This document shows positions 55,945 to 64,000 of a DNA stretch of 64,000 nt, in pieces. Made by a program: the position numbers and the translations under genes. Location of the stretch: assembly GCA_003599815.1 (NCBI GenBank), contig QZJZ01000105.1, positions 7,174-71,173 of the forward strand, in the 5' to 3' direction. This stretch comes from Candidatus Auribacter fodinae (GTDB lineage Bacteria > Auribacterota > Auribacteria > Auribacterales > Auribacteraceae). Numbering within the stretch: position 1 is the first letter of the stretch; every line of letters starts with the position of its first letter. The notes beneath the pieces are model-generated. The model did no database searches. It saw only the letters and a list, made by a program, of their open reading frames with translations, and was not told the origin of the DNA.

Positions 55945-57081
55945 TCATGCTTTGCCGCGCAATATGCCGCGCATCTGATCTGCTATGCTGTCCCAGTTGT
56001 ATTTACGGGCAAACTCAACAGCGTTTCGCGAGTATTCGTCCAGCAGTTTTCTATCTTTGAGCAGTTTGATGATGCCGCGAGCCAATGCGGCGGAATCGCC
56101 TGGTTCGCAGAGTATACCCGTTTTTCCGTCATCCACCACTTCAGGAATACTTTTCGATGCGAACGCCGCAGACGGCGTACCGCACGCCGCCGCCTCGACA
56201 AAAGTCATGCCGAATGTCTCGTCCAGAGCGCCGGAGACAAATATATCAGCACCGCCGTACAGGTACGGCACGATTTCACCGTAAATGTCGCGGAACATCA
56301 TGACTGAACCGGAAAGACCGTTATCCGCAATAAACTGTTTTAACTGAGATACATATTCCCGGTGCTCGTGGCGGGCGAACATATACAGCACAGCGTCCGG
56401 CACTTCTTTATTAACGACGGCGAAGGCTTGAAGAAGGTTCATCACACCTTTATGCGGGGTATATCGTCCGATGTACATCAGCACCGGGCCCTTTTTTTGT
56501 ATAGCCGGCAATTTTTTGCCCGGGCGGAAAAAGTCCATATCCACACCATTCGGCACAACAACGGACTGTATGCCAAGAGACTCAAGTTCACGGGCAGTAT
56601 GCCGGCTTACCGCCATGACATAATCCGCGCGCCTCACCTGTGCATGCATGGCGTCACGGGTTTCTATCCGTTTGCGCCGATCCTCACCGGTATACATTTC
56701 AGGATCGGCAATGCCGTGATATGTATAAACGACTTTATATCCCAGCTTTTTTCTGCATTCCATCGCATACCTGTCTACCGGCACAAAATCAACGACCACA
56801 ACCTCAGGCGCAAGCCGTTTCAGGCACGCCATGATACTCGTGCGGGCAAGAGCATTAAACAGCCCTGATTTCATTTCAAGAAAACGGTACGGCAGTCGCA
56901 TTTTACCGAACAACTTCGGTTCCAGTACCCGAATCGAATCCGGCAAACTGCGGTTCGCGCGGTCAAAAGTGACAATACTCACCGTATCGCCTTTTTTATC
57001 AAGAGCGACAGCCATTGAGGCTACCCGGTTGGGTATGCCTTTTCCTTCACTCAATGTATTTATAAGGAATGTTATCTTCAT
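55945..57081 (-). CDS. Glycosyltransferase family 4
   Basis: TYHG, AVS, VVPNGVD, IGR..PHKG, ETFGMTFVEAAACGTP. Confidence 0.9.
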   Translation of the reverse strand: MKITFLINTLSEGKGIPNRVASMAVALDKKGDTVSIVTFDRANRSLPDSIRVLEPKLFGKMRLPYRFLEMKSGLFNALARTSIMACLKRLAPEVVVVDFVPVDRYAMECRKKLGYKVVYTYHGIADPEMYTGEDRRKRIETRDAMHAQVRRADYVMAVSRHTARELESLGIQSVVVPNGVDMDFFRPGKKLPAIQKKGPVLMYIGRYTPHKGVMNLLQAFAVVNKEVPDAVLYMFARHEHREYVSQLKQFIADNGLSGSVMMFRDIYGEIVPYLYGGADIFVSGALDETFGMTFVEAAACGTPSAAFASKSIPEVVDDGKTGILCEPGDSAALARGIIKLLKDRKLLDEYSRNAVEFARKYNWDSIADQMRGILRGKA

Positions 57082-57084
57082 ATT

Positions 57085-59718
57085 TTACAGATAAACAGCT
57101 ACCTTCACGATTTTTGCTGTTGTGCCGGAGTTGACAAAAACATGGTCATTGTACGGAATCGTAATGCCGTCGTGTCCTGCGGTCACGAATTTTCCGTCCA
57201 CAGATACCTTGCTCGCGCCTTTTAGAGCGTCATCCCTGTACACTTCAAGTTCAATAACGATATTTTTATGCTCCGCGCGATGCGACACTTTACGCGCTGA
57301 AAGGATTCGTTCACCGTTTTGAACAGCCTCACGCCATACCGAAGGCACGCGCGGATCAATCTTCATGCCCGAATGATGCGGAACAATACCGATCATCTCA
57401 GCCATAAACCTCATCCGCCACGAATGCGACCCCGTAAACGGGTAATACGGTTCCTTGCCGTAATCAGCGTTGTTCGGCACAGCAGTGTAGTTGCTGTGGT
57501 ATATCGGCGGATTGGTGGATATGTCAGGGAGACGGTTGTCATCAGATATACGGCGGAACGATTCATATGCCTGATCGACATAGCCTGCCTTCAGCAACGC
57601 CGCCGCCCAGAAAAGCACACCGTGCTGGTAAACAGCGCCGTTCTCGAAATGCCCCTGCGCCTGATCGGCAATACGCCCCACATGAACCGAGCTTTTCTTG
57701 CTGTACGGTTTCAGCAAACGGTGCCCGAAAGGAGTCTGAAGTTCGTCCATGGCGGAAATGACCGGTTCAAACCGCTGTTGCGGAATCACGTCGCTGATAA
57801 ACGCCCATGCGTTTTCGTTCAGGTGCTTCTGCCCTTCGTCATTCACTGACGCACCAACTTTCTGCCCGTCATTGTCATATCCGAAAATATAGTATCCTTC
57901 AGTATCCCAGCCGCTTTTGTTTATCGCCGAGGAAATGTTCTTTATAAGTAAATTCATGTATTCGATAGTCTTGTTATCTTTTTTCAACTGAGCAAGAACC
58001 GCCATCTTTCGGGCGGCATACACGAGAAGCTGTGACAACCAGACACTTTCGCTCCGGTTGCCGCGCAATCCGTCGAGCGCGTCGTTCCAGCCGCCGTATC
58101 CGAGCTTGCAGAGCCCGTGCTCACCGATATTCCCTTCATACGCGCTTCTCACCGCCAGTACGAGATGATCGTAAATCGAGACCGCACCCTTCTCCGATAA
58201 CGTGACATTATCGTTTTCAAGGAACCCGACCTTTTTATCAAGAAGCGCCATGTCGCCGGTTTCCCTGATATACATCTCCATGAGGTCAGGAGCCCAGAGC
58301 TGGCAATCCATGAAATTACGTAAATCATGCAAAGATGAAAACTTACATATCTGACGGGGAATCCTGCCGTCACGGTACTGATACGACAGCATGAACGGCA
58401 CGAATAACCGCACATAGCCCGGCTCAAACATACAGTTTGCCAGCAGATACTGAAACATATCCCGTGTACCCACATCATACGGGCTGTTAAACCGTGAACA
58501 GAGTATACTCTGATATTTACCCCAGATATTGAATGTCCTGTTCATAGGCTCGCAGGGAGTATCGACAAGATAGGTGTTTATGACCGACTGCCACGCGGCG
58601 CGAACGTCTTTGAGCTCTTTTTCTATCTGTTCATCAGTCAAAAATGAGTACACATCGCTTACCTGACGGTTGACATCTTTTGCCGGATTAACAGCGCTGA
58701 CAGCGCAATGCGTGGAAAACGTTTTGCCCGCCCCTAAATCCACTTTATACTGAAACGCGCCGATCATTCCTTTGAGCGGTTGTTTCGCTTCCGTATTGGA
58801 TAGCGATTCGTCAAACACGGACGGCGGATACATGATCGACGCCCCGAACTTGTAGTAGGTATCCGCGCAGGAATCGAACGAATCCGGTTTGCGCGCGGAT
58901 ACAAAGGCTCCCCATCGGGGAAACGAATTTTTGATATCAAGATTTTTGGCGATGATGGCGTTATGTGTGCCGTCAAACGTGACTTCACTGACAGCCATGC
59001 CCACAAAATAGTGGCTCGGATGGCTGTCCAGCCCGAAATTTATTTCAGGATACACCTGAACCGACCTTTTTTTGTCTGTGGTATTGGTGATGGAAATCGT
59101 CCATATCTCGCAAGGCAGAGACAACGGCACGAATATCCTTAACGACATTTTCAGCCCGTCTCGCTCAGTGAGGTACTCAATAAAACCCGGCCCCTGCCTG
59201 CACGAGTATCCGTCGTACGCTTCAGCCTCACATTTTCCTGCGGCGTCATACTGATTCGGCTGGGGAATAAGTGAAAATACCGATCCGGAATCTGTTTTTA
59301 CCCAGACAGTACGGGCATTGTGATACACCTGCGATACATGCATATAATTTTCATTGCCGCTGAGTTTGGTCACAGGCCCGAACAGGACTGAATCAAGCGA
59401 CATAACCCCTGCCCCGTCATGGGCGGCAATGGATAACGCCACATCACGAATGGTATGCTTGAGGTTAAGCATATAATGATACCACCCTTTCGGGGTGTGC
59501 AGTTTATCTATGACAAGCGTGCTGTTAGTAAGGTATTCGCCGTCAAAACTGTCCTGAAAATGAGAATACCTGCTCTTGAGCTGTTTAACCTGCTCCGCAG
59601 TGAGCTGTTCCATCTGCTGTTCGCCTGACGCAAGCCCGGCACGTACCGCGTCTGTCATTTTTTTATAAGCCGAAGCCTGTTCCGGGGCTTCAAGAAATTT
59701 TTTCCGATCGTTTTTCAT
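57085..59718 (-). CDS. GH94-like glycoside phosphorylase
   Basis: TP..WY, G.RD..Q, Q..DG, GEHGL...G.GGWND.L, ESVWL, ENGAVYQHG, FTGS.SW. Confidence 0.8.
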   Translation of the reverse strand: MKNDRKKFLEAPEQASAYKKMTDAVRAGLASGEQQMEQLTAEQVKQLKSRYSHFQDSFDGEYLTNSTLVIDKLHTPKGWYHYMLNLKHTIRDVALSIAAHDGAGVMSLDSVLFGPVTKLSGNENYMHVSQVYHNARTVWVKTDSGSVFSLIPQPNQYDAAGKCEAEAYDGYSCRQGPGFIEYLTERDGLKMSLRIFVPLSLPCEIWTISITNTTDKKRSVQVYPEINFGLDSHPSHYFVGMAVSEVTFDGTHNAIIAKNLDIKNSFPRWGAFVSARKPDSFDSCADTYYKFGASIMYPPSVFDESLSNTEAKQPLKGMIGAFQYKVDLGAGKTFSTHCAVSAVNPAKDVNRQVSDVYSFLTDEQIEKELKDVRAAWQSVINTYLVDTPCEPMNRTFNIWGKYQSILCSRFNSPYDVGTRDMFQYLLANCMFEPGYVRLFVPFMLSYQYRDGRIPRQICKFSSLHDLRNFMDCQLWAPDLMEMYIRETGDMALLDKKVGFLENDNVTLSEKGAVSIYDHLVLAVRSAYEGNIGEHGLCKLGYGGWNDALDGLRGNRSESVWLSQLLVYAARKMAVLAQLKKDNKTIEYMNLLIKNISSAINKSGWDTEGYYIFGYDNDGQKVGASVNDEGQKHLNENAWAFISDVIPQQRFEPVISAMDELQTPFGHRLLKPYSKKSSVHVGRIADQAQGHFENGAVYQHGVLFWAAALLKAGYVDQAYESFRRISDDNRLPDISTNPPIYHSNYTAVPNNADYGKEPYYPFTGSHSWRMRFMAEMIGIVPHHSGMKIDPRVPSVWREAVQNGERILSARKVSHRAEHKNIVIELEVYRDDALKGASKVSVDGKFVTAGHDGITIPYNDHVFVNSGTTAKIVKVAVYL

Positions 59719-59813
59719 AGTACTGTATCCTCATTTCGGAGGGTTGGCGACTTCATAAATTCTCCGAAATAAGCTACACTAATATGCGTTTTTTTTCAAG
59801 AAGGTATTGAAAT

Positions 59814-59850
59814 AAAAACGGGTACTGAGGATAAATAACCTCCGTACCCG
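59814..59850 (-). terminator. Intrinsic terminator after the Cys-rich protein gene
   Basis: aaaaacgggtac.gagg...cctc.gtacccg. Confidence 0.65.
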
Positions 59851-59881
59851 CCGAAAAAAACGTTTTAATCAGTATAAAAAC

Positions 59882-60145
59882 TTATGATTTATGAGACCCG
59901 CACGCGGCTTTACATGCGTCAGACCCCTTCGGAGCGCCGCATCCGCCGCATTTTTCTCCGCACGCCATTTTACATGCGTCAGATCCTTTAACCGCACCGC
60001 ATTTAGCGCATACTTCCTCTTTTTTGCCCATTGAATACTGTTCCACAGCCGATGACACAACGCATGGGCATTGCCCTCCTGCGAATGCGTTACTGTTAAT
60101 AACCATAACCGCCATCACAGCAATCAGTAATAATGCTTTTTTCAT
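59882..60145 (-). CDS. Small secreted Cys-rich repeat protein
   Basis: Signal peptide MKKALLLIAVMAVMVINSNAFA; two 20-aa repeats CxxCGxxKGSDACKxACG (60-bp DNA period); GGAGGA RBS. Confidence 0.75.
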   Translation of the reverse strand: MKKALLLIAVMAVMVINSNAFAGGQCPCVVSSAVEQYSMGKKEEVCAKCGAVKGSDACKMACGEKCGGCGAPKGSDACKAACGSHKS

Positions 60146-60197
60146 TTTTGTTTCCTCCATATGTCATTATTATATAACCACACTAATCACGTACCGA

Positions 60198-60659
60198 TTA
60201 TGGTTTACGTGAGTACTTCCCGATAATATACCCTTTCGCAATACAATGATCTTCAACCAGTTTAAAAAATTCTCTCTTGTTCCCTGCTGATAAGGAACCC
60301 GAATCAAGCGCGTACACTGTAAAAAAATAACGGTGTGTCCCAGACGGAGGGCACGGCCCGCCATACTCCGCCCTGCCAAAATCGTTCTTCAGCGTGACCG
60401 CGGGCGATTTGAATACACCGGATTCAGAAATGTCGTGAGTACTGACAGGGATATTGTACACCATCCAATGCACAAAGCTGCCGGAAGGAGCATCCGGGTC
60501 AACACACGAAACAGCAAAACATTTGGTATGGTCAGGCGCTCCGCTCCAGTTCAAGTGCGGAGAAATATTCCGTCCATCGCAGGTATAGCATGAATCCATC
60601 ATTTCGTCATGGTTAAAACTCTGGCTTGTAACGGTTAATCTGGTTAGCATTTTCATCAC
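60198..60659 (-). CDS. YbhB/YbcL (PEBP/RKIP-like) protein
   Basis: YTCDG.NISP.L.W, DPDAP...FVHW, NDFG...YGGPCPPSGTHRYFF.VYALD. Confidence 0.93.
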   Translation of the reverse strand: MMKMLTRLTVTSQSFNHDEMMDSCYTCDGRNISPHLNWSGAPDHTKCFAVSCVDPDAPSGSFVHWMVYNIPVSTHDISESGVFKSPAVTLKNDFGRAEYGGPCPPSGTHRYFFTVYALDSGSLSAGNKREFFKLVEDHCIAKGYIIGKYSRKP

Positions 60660-60870
60660 GGCACTCCTTTTTTTTCGCGATAATCACTAACGTTGACATA
60701 TCTCATCGAAACCAGTAACTGAATTAATATTATCGCTTTAAACAAATATAACGATACCGGGCTCTGGCAATCAGTTCATTTTCCGATAAACAAAACATGC
60801 CGGGCATACCGCTAAAACTCGCCGTACTAACGTAAAAAGACGTTCCGTTTCAGCATTAATAAAGATTTAT

Positions 60871-60899
60871 TTGACCCCGGGGCTCAGGAGGGGTATTAT
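60871..60899 (+). promoter_or_regulatory. sigma70 promoter of the radical SAM gene
   Basis: TTGACC followed at ~17 bp by TATTAT. Confidence 0.45.
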
Positions 60900-60941
60900 A
60901 CACTGTTTAACATACATTAAATTATTGCTGAGACGACGAAG

Positions 60942-62351
60942 ATGAATATATTACTGAGCACATTACCTGAAATTTACGTTTCCAAGGAATACCTTCCCCC
61001 GTTGGGGCTGTCGTATGTTGCCGCCGCACTGGAAAAAGGCGGGCATTCGGTGAACATTATCGATTCGCACATCGAAGGGTTTACCATTGAAGAACTTATA
61101 AAAAACATTGTTCATGCGGGCCCTGATATGCTCGGTTTAACGGGAACCTGCCATAACCGTTTTAACGTGATACGGGTTATCCGTGAAGTAAAACAGGCGT
61201 TGCCTGATATCACCATAGTAGCGGGCGGCGTTCATTTTACCATTACCGCTGAAGACGCTCTTAAATGCGTGCCTGAACTTGACGTGATCGTTATCTGGGA
61301 AGGCGAATACACGTTTCTGGAACTCGCAGATGTGCTCGGCAACGGCAAAGATTTCTCTTCAGTCAAAGGGATCGCTTACCGCACAGAAGACGGCGAAGTC
61401 GTTTTCACTGAACCGCGCCCATTTATTCAGAACCTTGACGACCTGCCCATGCCGGCATGGCATCTGCTCAAACTGGACAAATACCAGGCGCGCCTTGAAG
61501 GAACATACGACGAACGGGCTATCGGAGTGATGAGCTCGCGCGGATGCCCGTGTTTCTGCGTGTTCTGTTCCAACTCAGCATGGGGCAGAAAAAGCCATAG
61601 ACGGCGCACTCCGGCAAACTTTATAGATGAGGTCGAATTCCTTCACAAAAAATACGGGTTCAACGGGTTTGATTTCTGGGACGATACCCTGACCATCAGC
61701 AAAGAGCATATTTACGGTATCTGCGAAGAAATTCATAAACGTAACCTCAGAATAAAATGGTACGCCCGGGCACGCGTCAATACTGTAACACCGGAAATGC
61801 TGGCAGTCATGAAAGACGCCGGATGCGTAGCTATCGCGTACGGTATCGAGTCAGGAAGCCCGAAAGTGTTACAGGCTATCAAGAAAAACATTACGCTGGA
61901 TCAGATCAAAACCATGGTCAAAGCCAGCGCCGACCTTGGGCTGGTGGTAAAGAACTGTTTCATGTTCAGCCTTCCCGAAGAGGAAAAAGAAGACGTTCTC
62001 ATGACCATTAACCTGATGAGAGAACTGAAGACATACTCCCCTAAAGTAATCAACCCGCACGGGCTGACACTCATTTATCCCGGTACTGAATTTGAACGGC
62101 TCGCGAAACAACAGGGGCTCCTGCCTGAAAACTTCTCATGGAACACATACACGGAATTTCCAAAATCCAGGATGTACGGGCTGAATAAAACCATACCGTT
62201 CTATGAGGATAAACTGACGCTGGAAGAAGTAAAATCCATACTGCGCAGGGAACTGTCTTCAAACAAGAGCTTTTTCAGGCGGGCGATGAAACGGCTGAAA
62301 CGCGTCAGGTCGCTGGACGACCTTGCCAGCCTTTTCCGGTCAATCCGATAA
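60942..62351 (+). CDS. B12-binding radical SAM protein
   Basis: PPLGLSYVAA, GGVH.T, GE.T..EL, SRGCPCFCVFC (CxxxCxxC), GIESGS, PGT. Confidence 0.93.
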   Translation: MNILLSTLPEIYVSKEYLPPLGLSYVAAALEKGGHSVNIIDSHIEGFTIEELIKNIVHAGPDMLGLTGTCHNRFNVIRVIREVKQALPDITIVAGGVHFTITAEDALKCVPELDVIVIWEGEYTFLELADVLGNGKDFSSVKGIAYRTEDGEVVFTEPRPFIQNLDDLPMPAWHLLKLDKYQARLEGTYDERAIGVMSSRGCPCFCVFCSNSAWGRKSHRRRTPANFIDEVEFLHKKYGFNGFDFWDDTLTISKEHIYGICEEIHKRNLRIKWYARARVNTVTPEMLAVMKDAGCVAIAYGIESGSPKVLQAIKKNITLDQIKTMVKASADLGLVVKNCFMFSLPEEEKEDVLMTINLMRELKTYSPKVINPHGLTLIYPGTEFERLAKQQGLLPENFSWNTYTEFPKSRMYGLNKTIPFYEDKLTLEEVKSILRRELSSNKSFFRRAMKRLKRVRSLDDLASLFRSIR

Positions 62352-62531
62352 CAGTTTTTTATCAAATAGATGCAGAGACGATGCCGCGATGCTCGACAGC
62401 TGAATCTTGAACTGTTCATACTTCTGGTCTGAATACTGCTGCCTGCGCTGAATGCGCATAATCGCCCTGATTGTTCTCGGATGAACACCCAGACGCGCAA
62501 GCTCAAATGTTTTCCAGTAACTTTTTCTCAT
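62340..62531 (-). CDS. Small basic hypothetical protein (63 aa)
   Basis: ATG 62531 preceded by AAGGAGG; overlaps the 3' end of the radical SAM gene by 12 bp. Confidence 0.5.
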   Translation of the reverse strand: MRKSYWKTFELARLGVHPRTIRAIMRIQRRQQYSDQKYEQFKIQLSSIAASSLHLFDKKLLSD

Positions 62532-62637
62532 ACGTGTTTCCTCCTTTTTGAATATTGTGTCTGGAAATAAATGGATTATTCGTGATATGATGGACGCCAT
62601 CATGTCGTTCACTCAATTGTAACCATGGAGAGGATCT

Positions 62638-63540
62638 ATGTTCACTGCCATAACATCCGACCAGAAACTGGGGTTTACTGCTCTCTGGCGCTATGCTTTT
62701 TCTTTTTATAAAACCAACCTGAAAAAAATCATGACAATCGTGCTTCTTTTTTACGTGCCGATTGAAATTATTATGTCGTTTTTTACTTTGGATATAGCCT
62801 CAGGACAGGAGCTTGATGCAGGGACAAAACTCATCGGCACGCTGGTCATTTCATTACTTATCGCAACGACACTCATACCCGTTGCGGCGATTATTTCCCT
62901 GACTAAGGAATGTACCGGCGAACCTCCTTTATCTGTAAAAGAAGCTATTATCTTGGGAGTCCGCTCATGGTGGAATATGATTCTTATTTTCGTTATAAGC
63001 ATGTTTGCCCTGTACTCCACCTTTTTGCCGTACCTGCTTCTTGCTCTGGTTATGGCGGCACTTTCCCTTATTTCCGGCAACAACCCGATGATACTTGTGC
63101 CATGCCTGCTTGCCGGTGTGGCAATGGTAGTTCCTGTTTTTCAGGTCGGCGCGCTGATTTGCCTTACGCAATACGCCGGCATATTACGCGGCAAGTGGAG
63201 ATGTAAAAATATAGGGCACGTATACCGCGTTTTTCATCCATACATACTCCGTACCTTTTTATTCTCGCTCGGTTCAATGGGTATATTTATGGTACTCAGG
63301 GTGATGATGTCGTTCATCATAGCCCGGGTTATGCCGGTGATGCCTGTTTTCGCGCTGGTGCAGATAACCTCAGATTTGCTCTTCGTTCTGCCTGTGCTGG
63401 TTCTGGCTTTCTATTTTATCAATACGGAATCACGTATAAAATTACCTGAGGAACCAGAACCGATATCGTTCTGGAAATTTCTGGCGAAACTGCCCAAGTT
63501 GTACTTATCTTTGTTTGTAGTCACAATACGGAAAAAGTAA
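62638..63540 (+). CDS. Multi-pass membrane protein of unknown function
   Basis: About 6 hydrophobic segments; GGAGAGG RBS. Confidence 0.7.
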   Translation: MFTAITSDQKLGFTALWRYAFSFYKTNLKKIMTIVLLFYVPIEIIMSFFTLDIASGQELDAGTKLIGTLVISLLIATTLIPVAAIISLTKECTGEPPLSVKEAIILGVRSWWNMILIFVISMFALYSTFLPYLLLALVMAALSLISGNNPMILVPCLLAGVAMVVPVFQVGALICLTQYAGILRGKWRCKNIGHVYRVFHPYILRTFLFSLGSMGIFMVLRVMMSFIIARVMPVMPVFALVQITSDLLFVLPVLVLAFYFINTESRIKLPEEPEPISFWKFLAKLPKLYLSLFVVTIRKK

Positions 63541-63557
63541 AGGAACAGTGATAGTGA

Positions 63558-63941
63558 TTATTGCTTATCGGGATTTCCGTATTCCGCAGGGATTGATTCT
63601 GTCAACACCACAGGAATAGGTGGCGAATCACGAAACTGGAAGAAAAATACCGGTTCACGGTTCGGTACAGCTACAATCAATTTGAACGCTCCGGTCAGTT
63701 TCTGAATTGAACAAACAGAATCAATGCCATCCAGAGCGATAAAACACTTCATCTGGTAAAAATCACCGTTACGGTCATACACCCTGAATTCATCATGCTG
63801 TAAATCAACAGCATTGTCAACGGTGGCAGGCAGTTCCAGAAACCCTTCTATCAACAGTAACGATGAGCTGGCGTCAGGCGGTTCCAGTACCAGCCGTGGT
63901 TTAGCGCTGTTCGGGATATGCACTTTTTTAAGTTGAAACAT
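63558..63941 (-). CDS. Hypothetical protein
   Basis: 127-aa ORF, no family recognised. Confidence 0.55.
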   Translation of the reverse strand: MFQLKKVHIPNSAKPRLVLEPPDASSSLLLIEGFLELPATVDNAVDLQHDEFRVYDRNGDFYQMKCFIALDGIDSVCSIQKLTGAFKLIVAVPNREPVFFFQFRDSPPIPVVLTESIPAEYGNPDKQ

Positions 63942-63957
63942 CTTGGATAAGGTAATC

Positions 63958-64000
63958 TTACAGCCTTTCGACCACGAATTCTGCCCGGTATATATCAGCG
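63958..64000 (-). CDS. Probable 3' end of a gene entering from beyond the window
   Basis: Manual translation ...ADIYRAEFVVERL*, stopping 16 bp before the 63941 start. Confidence 0.35.
   Translation of the reverse strand, partial: ADIYRAEFVVERL

Noticed and set aside
1-64000. CRISPR array, tRNA, rRNA, prophage or intact transposase/integrase
   Set aside because: No regularly spaced repeat-spacer series, no recognisable structural RNA genes, and no matching ORFs were seen.

Overview
A gene-dense bacterial chromosomal window from a diderm organism. Four PEP-CTERM proteins, PVC-style prepilin proteins and a GuaB3-type IMPDH suggest a PVC-affiliated or related candidate-phylum bacterium (inference only). 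I found no rRNA, tRNA, CRISPR array, prophage or intact transposase. Layout: (1) 1-10 kb is a metal/oxidative-stress block (NifB/NifX-like x2, DUF5320-like, Mrp/ApbC, methyltransferase, Fur, DPSL, peroxiredoxin, His-rich outer-membrane protein) with four Fur-type boxes and one DtxR-like operator, interrupted by an AT-rich membrane-anchored KAP NTPase gene. (2) 10-25 kb holds surface proteins, two orphan histidine kinases and an EIIA/cation antiporter/PII-like operon. (3) 25-32.5 kb is treS-mak/glgB/treZ. (4) 32.7-41 kb has lemA, a GT4, a CZB chemoreceptor with tandem sigma28-like promoters, and rrf2-hemerythrin. (5) 41-64 kb has mrr, tetR, tex, dsbD, two prepilin-FecR paralogs, guaB3, GT4 + GH94-like phosphorylase and a B12 radical SAM. 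Strongest non-obvious signals: a ~150-bp miniature element in four copies, each with imperfect terminal inverted repeats, its own perfect 5-bp target duplication (consensus ANNTT) and an internal REP-like palindrome; and two tandem prepilin-FecR fusion genes, each preceded by a sigma28-like promoter. All family calls come from motif recognition by eye; no searches were run.
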